Assembly: GCA_963827655.1 (NCBI GenBank)
Contig: CAWHCF010000029.1
Coordinates: 64,001 to 128,000, forward strand
Origin: an uncultured Acidobacteriota bacterium
GTDB taxonomy: Bacteria; Acidobacteriota; UBA6911
Reading direction: 5' to 3'
Length of the DNA: 64,000 nt
Shown piece after piece: positions 20,164 to 30,175 of this stretch. Under the pieces are notes generated by a model, which was not told the DNA's origin, did no database searches, and worked only from the letters and a program-made list of their open reading frames with translations. Both the position numbers and the translations under genes were made by a program. How positions within the stretch are numbered: the first letter of the stretch is position 1; each line of letters opens with the position of its first letter.

Positions 20164-22221
20164 TTAGTTGGAGCGAGGCGAGCGGGGAAGAATCCAGTCA
20201 AGGATTTCCTTCTCGCTCGCGCGCCTGGCCTCGATTCGAAGCAGATCCGATTTCGCCAACGAGCGATAGGCGGATTGGATCCAGTCGGAAGGGAAGGAAG
20301 CGCTTGCATTCTGAATCCAGAGCGGCCCGCGCATATTTAGAACGGCGGCGGTTCGAAAATCTCCCGCCCGGCGGATCCCTGGTATGTTGAACCCCTGCAG
20401 ATAGGCCTGATCGCTGCCGGCATCGAATTGATCCGCATCGACGCAGAAGGCGACCTCCTCGACTGTCAAAGCCCGCGCCATCAAACACCAGAGCCCCGCT
20501 CTTTCAAACCCCACCACCTTGAGAGGAATCTGCGGCGCTTCTCGCCGCAGATAAGCCAGACCGGTCAGGATGTCCTGAACCCGGTTGGCATCATCGGTGC
20601 GGTTGTAGGCGGTAAAAAATCTCTTCGTCTCCCTCTTGCCCAATGATGCCCGCCCGGTATTGAACACATCCGGGATCAACACGGAACATTCTTCCTTGAG
20701 CAGCGACTTGACCAGCTCGCCGGGAGCGCCGTTCTGTTCAAAACGCTCCGACCCCTTGGGATGAATCAGCAAGACCGCCTGTCGCACCGCCTGTTTCCCG
20801 GAAGGAAGCCACTGCGTTGCGGGAACGTGATCTCCCTTATTTGAACGCCTCAGATAGAAGCGCCTGACGCGATGACCCGAGCCGTCCTTCGATTCCGGTT
20901 GAAGTGTTTCGACCGAACCGGACGGAGGGAATTCCGCCATGAGCGAGTATCGCAGCGCCGGTTCAAAGGCGTCTCTGTAGCGCTGGAGGCTTGCAGGATC
21001 CGAGAGTTTAAGCCGATCAATCGAAGCCGCCGCGTTCTGAATGAACTGCTCGACGATCTGGCGCTCGGTTTTGGCTTCCGGCGGAAGAGGCCGGCCGTAG
21101 AAAACCAGGAGATCGCTGGGGAATTCAACCGGCACGTTCTTCTCAACCAGAGCGCCGGTATCTGAAAGTCCGAGCATCCAGCGACCAAACCAGCGATAGA
21201 CGTGTTCGCGGCTCGGCTTGTTGTAATTGTGATCCGCTTGTTCCTGGACGGCCGAGATTTTGTCTTCGGCTCCAAGGAGACGGTAGATGCTCTGAATGGC
21301 CGGGAATTCAACCTGGAGCGTATTCTTGGTCCAATCGCCTGTCGCCGAGACCATGATCATCGGACGCGGAGCGGCCAGCGCCCCGATTTCCATGTTGTTG
21401 GTATCGATCCGGAGGTTGGGCGCGTTTTCACAGACGTCTCCTCCTTGCATGTGCGCCGAGATCATGTTCACCGGAGCGGACACGGCGATCCGCTTGTCGA
21501 CCGCGCTGAGAAGAAAGGTCTGCGTTCCCCCGCCGCTCGCGCCCGTACACGCAATCCGGGTCTTATCGACGTCAGGCAAAGTTTCGAGGAAATCGACCGA
21601 GCGGATGCTGTTCCAGAGATGAAGTCCGAGAGAACCGAATCCCCACAAAGCTTCGCGTTCTCCCATGAAGCGATGGTTAACCTGGCGGCTGTCGTTGTAG
21701 CCCACCATGTCGTATGCGAAAACCACATAGCCCTGCCGCGCCAGGGTAATGGATCGCGCGGGAACGGAAGCGGACTCGGAGTTCTGAAGCCGCCCGTAGG
21801 CCCAGTGGCCGTGCGGCGACAGAACGCCGGGAAAGGGCCCGTTTTTTCCCAGGGGCCGATAGAGATTCCCGGTGACATAGAACCCGGGATAGCTCTCGAA
21901 ATAGACTTTCTCGATCGAGTATCCGTTGCGTTCGAGACGATCAAATACGTGCGGGTTCAACGGCGTCTTTTCGGGCATCGGCCAGAGTCCGGAGGCTACC
22001 AGGATCTGCATCCGCAGCGATTCGCTGCGAGCCAACCATTCCTCCTTCGTTTTGTACCCGGGCATCGTATAGGTCATGTCGACGTGCCGAACTACGGTCG
22101 CGCGCGTGTCCTCGAGTGCAACCGCCTTTTGCTGCCCGGTGATGAACGGCGGCATGGCCAGAGTTATCGAGAGGAGTTGCAATCCTGATCGGATTCGAAT
22201 TGACATTGGCATTCCTTTCAC
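20164..22221 (-). CDS. Secreted acetylxylan-esterase-like alpha/beta hydrolase (two hydrolase modules)
   Basis: VTGNLYRP, SPHGHW, GASGGG nucleophile, DHNYN; second module degenerate (GFERAG). Confidence 0.85.
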   Translation of the reverse strand: MKGMPMSIRIRSGLQLLSITLAMPPFITGQQKAVALEDTRATVVRHVDMTYTMPGYKTKEEWLARSESLRMQILVASGLWPMPEKTPLNPHVFDRLERNGYSIEKVYFESYPGFYVTGNLYRPLGKNGPFPGVLSPHGHWAYGRLQNSESASVPARSITLARQGYVVFAYDMVGYNDSRQVNHRFMGEREALWGFGSLGLHLWNSIRSVDFLETLPDVDKTRIACTGASGGGTQTFLLSAVDKRIAVSAPVNMISAHMQGGDVCENAPNLRIDTNNMEIGALAAPRPMIMVSATGDWTKNTLQVEFPAIQSIYRLLGAEDKISAVQEQADHNYNKPSREHVYRWFGRWMLGLSDTGALVEKNVPVEFPSDLLVFYGRPLPPEAKTERQIVEQFIQNAAASIDRLKLSDPASLQRYRDAFEPALRYSLMAEFPPSGSVETLQPESKDGSGHRVRRFYLRRSNKGDHVPATQWLPSGKQAVRQAVLLIHPKGSERFEQNGAPGELVKSLLKEECSVLIPDVFNTGRASLGKRETKRFFTAYNRTDDANRVQDILTGLAYLRREAPQIPLKVVGFERAGLWCLMARALTVEEVAFCVDADQFDAGSDQAYLQGFNIPGIRRAGDFRTAAVLNMRGPLWIQNASASFPSDWIQSAYRSLAKSDLLRIEARRASEKEILDWILPRSPRSN

Positions 22222-22246
22222 CGCGAAGACGTGGAGAATCGATAGG

Positions 22247-24619
22247 CTATCGATTCGAATTGGTTTCGGGTCTTAGAATCAGCCGATGCCGGGTGACCTT
22301 CTCTACGTAGGGGCGGGAAAAAGCCAGAGGGTGATATTTTCCCTCGGCCCAGAGCGGCAACAAATCGTCGTAGTGAGGGCTTCCCGGCTCGCCGGACTGG
22401 CCGGGGACGCTGGTGGCTACCGATCGATCCCAGTCCGACAGATCGAGGATCTGGCGATAGGATGCGCCGCTGGTCTGCCTCAGGTTTGAACCGGGAGAAG
22501 TGTTGTTCACCGTCATCGCATCACCCCCGCGCGGTACCGGACCACGATCGAGTAGCGATCTCAGAGCTTCATCTCCTTCCAGACCGTGCCGGAAGAACGC
22601 ATGATGCAGATTACCCCAGGTCCAGGCGCCCCGGTCAGGACCGTAACGCGCGCGCAGGTCCGTGAGCGCTGATTCCAGCGCTTCCAGCAAGCACCGGTTC
22701 CGCGCGTTCACGGGATCATTGCCAAACACCTCCGTGCTGGGGTTCCGGAGCCATTGTATCGCCAGGTCCTGCGAGGCCCGGCTTCCCATGAGGCGAAGTT
22801 GCGGCGCCGCCAGCCTCTTGCTCCAGACCATAGGGACGAGTCTTGCCACCCAGAATTGATAGATACCGGCCTCGGTCGATCCGCGGTCGAGCGCGAAATT
22901 CCAGGCGAGCAGCTTCTGTACCGTATCGCGCAACTGATCCGTCGCTGGTCGAGTCTCCCGGAGCAAGGGTACTAGAAGTCGCGCAGGCAAGGAGGTTTCG
23001 TCATGCTGTAATCTTTGGAAATCTTCAATGGTAAAACCCTTGCGCGCGCGGAGGACTTCGTCGATGCGACGAAAACGCCACGGGGCCGCCCATTCGTAAC
23101 CGAGAGAGTGGCGATATCCGGCCGGCAAGATATTGTGGTTTGCGGTCGCGACGAAACCGTGACCGGGATTGTAGAGCCGCGGCAATTGGTCGAGTGAGAG
23201 AAAGCCTTGCCATTCATAATCTCCCGATCCTGGAACCGGCAGCAGCCCGAGCCAGTTCTTCCTGACCGGAGTGAGCCCGGCGGCTTGCCAGCCGATGTTC
23301 CCTTCGACGTCGGCATACGCATGGTTCTCCGAGGGGACTTTCCAGCGTTCCAGCGCATTCAGGAATTCTTTCCAGTTCGTCGCGCGATCCAGGGAAAGGG
23401 AGCCGAGATAGCCGGCGCTTCCGGGTTCACTCCCCACCCAGCGCAACGCGTAGGCGCGCTGTTTCGCTCGATCTTCGTGGATGACAGGTCCATGAACCGT
23501 AAAGCGCAGCTCGAGCGATTCCGGCTTCTCGCGCCCTTTGACCATCACGGTTTCTTGACGCGTCTCCATCTTGAGCCATTGCCCCTTGTGGCGATATTCG
23601 AGCGGATTCGCCGGATTCAGTTCTTCCACGTACAAGTCCTGCTGGTCGATTCCGACGACGGTGAATCCGAAGGCGACCCGCTCGTTGTGTCCCACGGCGA
23701 TGCCCGGAAGACTGGGCTCGCCGGCGCCGATCACATTCCACCCGGGCGCGACCAGATGCGCCATGTAACGGAGGCTGGGAATGTTAATGGGGCGGTGGGG
23801 ATCGTTCGCGAGTATGGGCTTGCCCGTGGCGGTGAGGGACCCGGCAACGGTCCAGTTGTTGCTGCCGTCATCGCGCGAGCTGCTGGGAAGGCTCGCGGCC
23901 GTGTCCGTCAGGATGCCGGGATCGATCCCGCTCAGATCCAGACCCCGAGGCAACTCAAGACGAGCGTCGGGATCGAGAGGCCAGAGTTTGAGAGTTTCTT
24001 CAAGGCCGATCTCGCGGACGAGCTGCGCGCGCGCGACCTCGTTGGACAGGTTGCGCGTCATCGCGTACGCGGTCATGCGGGTGATGCATGTTTCGGGGGT
24101 CCAGGGCTGAGGCGCGATCCCCATGACCTTGAACTCAAAGGGGAGGTTCTGGCGGCGCGAGGCGATGTTGGCGTTTATACCCGCCACGAAAGCTTCGACG
24201 ATCTCTCGCGCGTCCGGGGAATAGCTCTTCCATTCCGCTTCCATGTTTCCGCGGTAGAGGAGCAGGCGAGCCAGCCGGTCTCTTCGCAGCGCGGACGGAC
24301 CGTAGATCTCGGCTAGTTTCCCCTCGCCGGTCCGCCTCCAGATTTCCATTTGCCAGAGCCGGTCCTGAGCTGCGACGAACCCCTGAGCCATGAAGAGATC
24401 GCGCGCGTTCTGCGCGTAAATGTGGGGAATCCCCCAGGTATCGCGCAACACTTCGACTTCCCGCTGGAGACCCGGCAAGACCAGCGTGCCTTCGATCGGT
24501 GAGACCGAGCTGCGAGCCGCGGTTTGGTGATCGGCGGCGATCTCGGTTTTCACGGGGGGCCGGACCGCTTGGGTAGAGGCGATCAGAGTGACCAGAAGAG
24601 TGATCCATGGAAGAGTCAT
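22247..24619 (-). CDS. Penicillin acylase family (Ntn hydrolase)
   Basis: RDTWGIPHIYA, QDRLWQME, G|SNNW nucleophile, ANDPH, PGQSG. Confidence 0.95.
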   Translation of the reverse strand: MTLPWITLLVTLIASTQAVRPPVKTEIAADHQTAARSSVSPIEGTLVLPGLQREVEVLRDTWGIPHIYAQNARDLFMAQGFVAAQDRLWQMEIWRRTGEGKLAEIYGPSALRRDRLARLLLYRGNMEAEWKSYSPDAREIVEAFVAGINANIASRRQNLPFEFKVMGIAPQPWTPETCITRMTAYAMTRNLSNEVARAQLVREIGLEETLKLWPLDPDARLELPRGLDLSGIDPGILTDTAASLPSSSRDDGSNNWTVAGSLTATGKPILANDPHRPINIPSLRYMAHLVAPGWNVIGAGEPSLPGIAVGHNERVAFGFTVVGIDQQDLYVEELNPANPLEYRHKGQWLKMETRQETVMVKGREKPESLELRFTVHGPVIHEDRAKQRAYALRWVGSEPGSAGYLGSLSLDRATNWKEFLNALERWKVPSENHAYADVEGNIGWQAAGLTPVRKNWLGLLPVPGSGDYEWQGFLSLDQLPRLYNPGHGFVATANHNILPAGYRHSLGYEWAAPWRFRRIDEVLRARKGFTIEDFQRLQHDETSLPARLLVPLLRETRPATDQLRDTVQKLLAWNFALDRGSTEAGIYQFWVARLVPMVWSKRLAAPQLRLMGSRASQDLAIQWLRNPSTEVFGNDPVNARNRCLLEALESALTDLRARYGPDRGAWTWGNLHHAFFRHGLEGDEALRSLLDRGPVPRGGDAMTVNNTSPGSNLRQTSGASYRQILDLSDWDRSVATSVPGQSGEPGSPHYDDLLPLWAEGKYHPLAFSRPYVEKVTRHRLILRPETNSNR

Positions 24620-24698
24620 AGCATTCTCCCCTGCGTTTCTTTGCTTCTTGGCGTCGCAGCGTAATTGTCCCGAGAGGCGGCGCTATTGTATCATCCGC

Positions 24699-24748
24699 CG
24701 AAGACTCGAAGACACTAAGATAAGGTTCTCGGTGTCTTTGAGTCTTCG
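24699..24748. repeat. Hairpin copy of the dispersed repeat adjacent to the MITE
   Basis: cgaagactcgaagacac ... gtgtctttgagtcttcg, 17-bp stem. Confidence 0.8.
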
Positions 24749-24755
24749 TGTCGTA

Positions 24756-24988
24756 GGGCTCGCGCAGAAATAACTTCACATTCTGGCGCGAGAGTCGGTG
24801 GTCAATCATGAACCGGTTTCTGTTCGCTAAGCACGGTGAGGATCGCGCCCCTTCGGGCTGCGGCCCGCAGGCCCGCTGGCTTTGTTGCTCGCTCCTCACG
24901 TACCACACCGGGTACGCATCGTCGCTCGCGCCTCGCCAGCGGGCCTGGGGGCCTGCAGCAGAATGCGAACTTATTTCTGCGCGAACCC
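24756..24988 (+). mobile_element. 233-bp MITE copy 1 (non-autonomous, IS5-like ends)
   Basis: 30-bp imperfect TIR gggctcgcgcagaaataacttcacattctg / cagaatgcgaacttatttctgcgcgaaccc; flanks GTA/TTA; second copy at 48981-49213. Confidence 0.88.
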
Positions 24989-25010
24989 TTAGAGGCAGGT
25001 GGTTTGCCCG

Positions 25011-26351
25011 ATGCTGAATCGACTGGGCCGTTACACAATCGAATCCGAGCTTGGCAAAGGAGGGATGGGGACCGTCTACCGCGCGCGCGATGAGCGGCTG
25101 GGCAAGACCGTGGCGCTAAAGGTACTTTCCGAGACTCGAGCCGGAGGCTCCGATAGCCGCCAGCGCCTTCGCCGCGAGGCGCGAGCCGCTGCCATCCTGA
25201 ACCATCCTGGAATCGTGGCGGTTTACGATTACGACGAGGAGGACGGCGTACCGTTCATCGCCTATGAATACGTTGAAGGGAAAACGCTCGACCAGGTTAT
25301 CGCGGACGAAAAACTCAGCGCAGAAAGAATGGCTGATATAGGAGCGCAAGTCGCGGCCGGACTGGCGTACGCCCACGAACGGGGAATTCTCCACCGTGAC
25401 GTAAAGCCGCAGAACATCATGGTGATGGAAGATGGCAGGGTCAAAATCCTGGATTTCGGCCTGGCGAAAAAAACCGGTATCGCCCTTCACAAAGCGGATG
25501 GCCAGCAACTCGACACCACCACGGTTGAAACTGCAGTCGGTACCATTGTGGGAACCGTGCAGTACATGTCGCCGGAGCAAATTGCCGGCGAGGAATTGGA
25601 TGGCCGGTCGGATGTCTTTTCATTGGGGATCACGCTGTATGAAATGGCGACCGGAAAGAACCCGTTTCACGGCCAGAGCTTCGCCTCGACCGTGGGAAAG
25701 ATCATGTCTCCGGAACCGCCTCCATTGTCCGGAGAACGAAGGCGCGTCCCGGCCGAGCTTCAAGACATTATTCTTCGGTGCCTGCGGAAGAAAAGGGAGG
25801 AGCGCTATCCGAGCGCGCGAATCCTGCAGGAGAATCTGGAGCAGGTCAGTGCCGGCGCATCATCGGGGCGTCCATCCTCAAGAGGATTGCGCCGCGCCGA
25901 AATCGCCGAGTCGGTGATCCCCCGATCACTGGCCCGTGGTCTGCTGATTCTGCTTCAAACCTTGTATCTCGGCATGTATGGCTTTGCCCTGTATTACCAG
26001 GGCGACGTGTTTCAGGGCGTGGGACGGGCATTAATGATGATCTCGTCGCCTCCGCCATGGACTACGGTTCACCTGGTCATGACTTGTGCGACCACCTTTT
26101 TGGTAACAGCATGCTGTGGCGTCGCCGTCCGTTTGTATTTTGTGGCGTCGGTCGGATTCGACGATCCCGATACGGGACGGCAATTCCGCAGACTCTTTCC
26201 GCTTCTTTTTCTGCTCGATGAGTTGTGGGCGCTCTCGCCGCTCCTGCTGATTGGAAAGTGGCCTGCAGGGGTGACCTTCTTTTGCATGGCGGTGCTGGCT
26301 TATCTTCCCTTTTCCCACCGCAACCTGATTCGAGCCTCTTATCCGGAATGA
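25011..26351 (+). CDS. Hanks-type Ser/Thr protein kinase with C-terminal multi-pass membrane domain
   Basis: LGKGGMGTVY, VALK, HRDVKPQN, DFGLAK, GTVQYMSPEQ, SDVFSLG; about four hydrophobic helices at the C-terminus. Confidence 0.95.
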   Translation: MLNRLGRYTIESELGKGGMGTVYRARDERLGKTVALKVLSETRAGGSDSRQRLRREARAAAILNHPGIVAVYDYDEEDGVPFIAYEYVEGKTLDQVIADEKLSAERMADIGAQVAAGLAYAHERGILHRDVKPQNIMVMEDGRVKILDFGLAKKTGIALHKADGQQLDTTTVETAVGTIVGTVQYMSPEQIAGEELDGRSDVFSLGITLYEMATGKNPFHGQSFASTVGKIMSPEPPPLSGERRRVPAELQDIILRCLRKKREERYPSARILQENLEQVSAGASSGRPSSRGLRRAEIAESVIPRSLARGLLILLQTLYLGMYGFALYYQGDVFQGVGRALMMISSPPPWTTVHLVMTCATTFLVTACCGVAVRLYFVASVGFDDPDTGRQFRRLFPLLFLLDELWALSPLLLIGKWPAGVTFFCMAVLAYLPFSHRNLIRASYPE

Positions 26352-26481
26352 CCCGAGCGCTGCATCGCGGCAACGCTGAGATGCGGAGCAAGCGCGCTTG
26401 CGGGGCGATGGTAACTATATTAAACTCAGGTCGAACTGCGAGGTTGCTGCTGAACCATCACCGTCGAGTTAGGAGGATCTT

Positions 26482-27444
26482 ATGCAGGCGACAAGACTGT
26501 TGGCCGGATGTGTCGGTGTTTCTCTTCTCTGCCTTGGCTTGGGGGCGACTCCCAACGGAGTGGTGTTTAACAAGGGTGACGGCCGCATTGATGTTGTCAT
26601 TGCGGGAAAACCATTCACGACCTATTACTACGCCTCCAATCTCCCGCGACCTTTCTTTCACCCTCTCCGGACCGCAGATGGAAAAGTTGTGACGCGTGGA
26701 TTCCCGATGGTCACGGATGCGCCTGCAGAGAGCCAGGACAGGGATCATCCACACCATCGCTCTTGCTGGTTCACTTTTGGTGACGTCGATGGCGTCGATT
26801 ACTGGGGCGAAGGGGCCAAGGTCCAGGGCCGGATTGTAAACCGCTCGATAGACAAGATGGAGGGAGGAGAAAAAAAGGGTGTCCTGGCGACGACGATGGA
26901 TTGGGTGGACAACACCGGCCGCAAGGTCCTGGTGGAAAAGCAGGAAGTCATCTTCCACGGAGACGCGACCCGACGCTATATGGACTACACCATCGTGGTG
27001 ACGCCCACAGAGCGCGATGTGACCTTCCGGGATACCAAGGAAGGGATGTTCGCTGTCCGACTCGCGACTCCTTTAAAAGAGAAGAACGGCGGCGTGATCA
27101 CGAATTCCAAGGGCGCCGTGGGGATGAAGAATTGCTGGGGAAAGAGCGCGGAGTGGGTCGACTATTCGGGACAGCTCGACGGATCTAAGGTGGGCGTGAC
27201 CATAATGGATCACCCGGGCAGCTTCCGCCATCCGACCACCTGGCACGTGCGGGACTATGGTCTTTTTGCCGCGAATCCCTTTGGCGTGCGCGATTTCACG
27301 GGCGACAAGGCTAAAGACGGAAGTCACGTCATTGCGACAGGGAAGAATATTACTTTTCGCTACAGGATTCTGATCCATCCGGGAGACCTTCAGGAAGCGA
27401 AGGTTGCGGACGAATATGGGAAGTATGTACGGGAAGTAAAATGA
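26482..27444 (+). CDS. Secreted DUF6807 ('PmoA-like') family protein
   Basis: Signal peptide; RPFFHPL, DHPHHRSCW, DTKEG, WHVRDYGLFAANPFG; AGGAGG SD. Confidence 0.8.
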   Translation: MQATRLLAGCVGVSLLCLGLGATPNGVVFNKGDGRIDVVIAGKPFTTYYYASNLPRPFFHPLRTADGKVVTRGFPMVTDAPAESQDRDHPHHRSCWFTFGDVDGVDYWGEGAKVQGRIVNRSIDKMEGGEKKGVLATTMDWVDNTGRKVLVEKQEVIFHGDATRRYMDYTIVVTPTERDVTFRDTKEGMFAVRLATPLKEKNGGVITNSKGAVGMKNCWGKSAEWVDYSGQLDGSKVGVTIMDHPGSFRHPTTWHVRDYGLFAANPFGVRDFTGDKAKDGSHVIATGKNITFRYRILIHPGDLQEAKVADEYGKYVREVK

Positions 27445-27502
27445 ATCGGTCTGGTGAATCAACCACAATCGAGCACAGACGCGAGGAAACGCCCGGATTC
27501 TT

Positions 27503-29098
27503 ATGAATCTTCCTCTCACTCCCCTTCGATTCAAACGCCGCGCTGCGCACCTGTACCGCAGGAAACTTGGTGTGGTGTGCGGTGCGTCACGTTTCACCTA
27601 CGGCGAATTCGTCCAGCGCTGCGACCGGCTAGCCCATGCGCTCCTCTCCCTCGGGGTTCATTCAGGGGACCGGGTAGCCTTCCTGGCGTATAACTGCCAC
27701 CGGCTGCTGGAAGCCTACTACGGCGTCGTTCAAATGGGTGGCGTTCTCCTTCCCCTGAACATTCGCCTCTCGAGGGAAGATTTCATTTACATTCTCAACG
27801 ATTCTGAGACCCGGGTTTTGTTCTTCGACACCGAATTCAGGGACGTCGTCGACCAGATGCGCTCACAGCTCAAAACCGTGGAGTTTTTCGTCCCCCTCGA
27901 TGCTCCCGTGCGTGATGGCTGGGCGGCGCCCAAGACCTATGATCAACTGCTGGAACAAGCGGATGCGACTCCGTTTGAGGAGATCGAGCCGGATGAGGAT
28001 GAAGTCGCGGAGATTTTTTACACCAGCGGCACTACGGCGAACCCGAAGGGCGTGATGCTTACTCATCGAAATCTTTACTTGCATGCGCTGACCGCAATCT
28101 GCGGGCTCGGGCTGCGAGACAGCGACGTTCAATTGCACACGATCCCTCTGTTCCATGTCAACGGATGGGGGACGCCGCAAAGTCTTACCTGTGTGGGTGG
28201 CACCCATGTCATGATCAAGAAGTTTGATCCGCCTGTCGTGCTGGAGATGATGGAGAGGGAAAAGGTGACCCTGCTGGCGATGGTGCCCACCATGGCCACC
28301 GCGCTGCTCAACCATCCCGCCCTGCCAGACCACACCTACTCCAGTCTCCGGATGCTCAATGTCGGCGGCGCGGCGCCTTCGGTCGAGATGATCAAGAAGC
28401 TGGAGGAAGCCTTCGGCGCCCCTTGTTATACCGGTTACGGGTTGACGGAAACCTCCCCTCTCCTGACTCTGGCCACGATCAAATCCACACTGGGCAGTCT
28501 TGATGAACCGGAGCGGCGGCGCAGGCAGGCCATGACCGGGTGGCCTCAGGTTGGAATTGAGCTGAGAGTGGTAGATGAAAGCGATCGGGACGTAAAACCG
28601 GATGGGCAGGAAATAGGGGAAGTGATTGCGCGCGGTGACAGCGTCATGAAAGGGTACTGGAGACAACCGGATGAAACCGCCAGGGCCATGCGGGGCGGCT
28701 GGTTTCGTACGGGCGACATGGCGACCGTGGACGACGAAGGCTACATTCTCATTGTCGATCGAAAGAAGGACATTATCATCAGCGGCGGGGAGAACATTGC
28801 CTCAATCGAAATCGAAAAATGCCTCTCGGCCCACCCGTCGGTCCTTGAGTGCGCCGTCATAGCCGTACCCGATTCGAAGTGGGGAGAGGTGCCCAAGGCC
28901 CTGGTTGTCTTGAAGGAAGGGGCCGAGGCAACGGAGCGGGAGCTCCTGGATTTCTGCAAGATGCGGCTGGCCGGTTACAAGTGCCCCCGTTCCATCGATT
29001 TCTATGATCTGTTGCCCAAAGGGGGGACGGGGAAGATCCTCAAGAAGACGCTTCGGGAAAAATACTGGGTCGGTGAGGAAAAGCGAGTCCATGGATGA
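27503..29098 (+). CDS. Long-chain acyl-CoA synthetase (AMP-binding)
   Basis: YTSGTTANPKG, GYGLTET, FRTGD, DRKKDIIISGGENI, GKILK. Confidence 0.95.
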   Translation: MNLPLTPLRFKRRAAHLYRRKLGVVCGASRFTYGEFVQRCDRLAHALLSLGVHSGDRVAFLAYNCHRLLEAYYGVVQMGGVLLPLNIRLSREDFIYILNDSETRVLFFDTEFRDVVDQMRSQLKTVEFFVPLDAPVRDGWAAPKTYDQLLEQADATPFEEIEPDEDEVAEIFYTSGTTANPKGVMLTHRNLYLHALTAICGLGLRDSDVQLHTIPLFHVNGWGTPQSLTCVGGTHVMIKKFDPPVVLEMMEREKVTLLAMVPTMATALLNHPALPDHTYSSLRMLNVGGAAPSVEMIKKLEEAFGAPCYTGYGLTETSPLLTLATIKSTLGSLDEPERRRRQAMTGWPQVGIELRVVDESDRDVKPDGQEIGEVIARGDSVMKGYWRQPDETARAMRGGWFRTGDMATVDDEGYILIVDRKKDIIISGGENIASIEIEKCLSAHPSVLECAVIAVPDSKWGEVPKALVVLKEGAEATERELLDFCKMRLAGYKCPRSIDFYDLLPKGGTGKILKKTLREKYWVGEEKRVHG

Positions 29099-29124
29099 CG
29101 AAGACGCCGCACTCGGGGTGCCCA

Positions 29125-29153
29125 TTTACACGACTTGACTTCATTGCTATATT
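29125..29153 (+). promoter_or_regulatory. sigma70-type promoter of the cysM operon
   Basis: TTTACA-17 bp-TATATT with extended TG. Confidence 0.55.
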
Positions 29154-29233
29154 GACTTGGCTTACAAATGAGGCGTCGGAGCCTCCCTGAAGGACGCGTG
29201 CAGCCTTGAGCATCAAGGATAAATGTAGAAACC

Positions 29234-30175
29234 ATGGCTCATCGCTTGAAGGTTCCAGATACCGAACTTCCGTCCGACGTACTGTCGCGCATCGGAAACA
29301 CCCCTCTCCTTCGTCTTAGCAAAATCACGAGAGATCTGCCGGAAGCCGTCACTCTGCTTGCGAAAGCCGAATGGTTTAATCCCGGAGGCTCGGTCAAGGA
29401 TCGTCCGGCACTCAGCATGATCCTCGACGGAGAACGGACCGGGAAGCTGACCCCCGGAAAGGTGATTCTCGACGCGACCTCGGGAAACACCGGAATCGCA
29501 TATGCCATGATCGGGGCGGCCCGCGGGTACCGCGTGCGGCTCTGCATAGCCGCCAACGTGAGCCCCGAGCGAAAAAGTATCCTGCGGGCTTATGGAGCGG
29601 AGCTTACCTACACGGACCCCAGCGAGAGCTCCGACGGCGCCATTCGAAAAGCTCGTGAACTTTACGCTCAATCTCCGGATGTATTTTTCTACCCGGATCA
29701 ATACAACAACGACGCGAACTGGCGAGCTCATTTCGAAATGACCGGGCCCGAAATCTACCGGCAGACAAACGAAGAAGTGACTCATTTTGTGGCCGGCCTG
29801 GGTACGAGTGGAACCTTTGTGGGAACGTCGCGGTTCCTGAAGTCGGTCAATCCCCGTATTGAAGTCATCTCCTTTCAACCGGACTCGGGATTTCATGGTC
29901 TCGAGGGCTTGAAGCATATGGAGACCGCAATCGTGCCGGGGATTTACGACCCGAGTGTCGCCGACCGCAGTCTGGCCGTGGATACGGATGAAGCGTACGC
30001 CATGGCCCGCCGGCTGGCGCGTGAAGAGGGTTTGCTGGTCGGTATTTCATCGGGCGCGGCTGCCGTGTGCGCGCTCAAGATCGCCCGCGAGTTGAAGGAA
30101 GGAGTTGTGACCACGATATTTCCCGATAGCGGTGACAAGTATCTGAGCCAGCGTTTCTGGACCGAGGAAGAATGA
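29234..30175 (+). CDS. cysM: PLP-dependent cysteine synthase (CysM-like)
   Basis: IGNTPL, NPGGSVKDR, TSGNTG, GTSGT, GISSGA, FPDSGDKYLS. Confidence 0.92.
   Translation: MAHRLKVPDTELPSDVLSRIGNTPLLRLSKITRDLPEAVTLLAKAEWFNPGGSVKDRPALSMILDGERTGKLTPGKVILDATSGNTGIAYAMIGAARGYRVRLCIAANVSPERKSILRAYGAELTYTDPSESSDGAIRKARELYAQSPDVFFYPDQYNNDANWRAHFEMTGPEIYRQTNEEVTHFVAGLGTSGTFVGTSRFLKSVNPRIEVISFQPDSGFHGLEGLKHMETAIVPGIYDPSVADRSLAVDTDEAYAMARRLAREEGLLVGISSGAAAVCALKIARELKEGVVTTIFPDSGDKYLSQRFWTEEE

Noticed and set aside
24808-25017. MITE ORF as a transposase or conserved functional peptide
   Set aside because: Too short, no DDE/HUH motif, C-terminus depends on flanking DNA; kept only as a possible coupling device
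26482-27444. 'PmoA' as methane monooxygenase
   Set aside because: Soluble secreted beta-rich protein with no pmoB/pmoC neighbours; the family label does not imply methanotrophy
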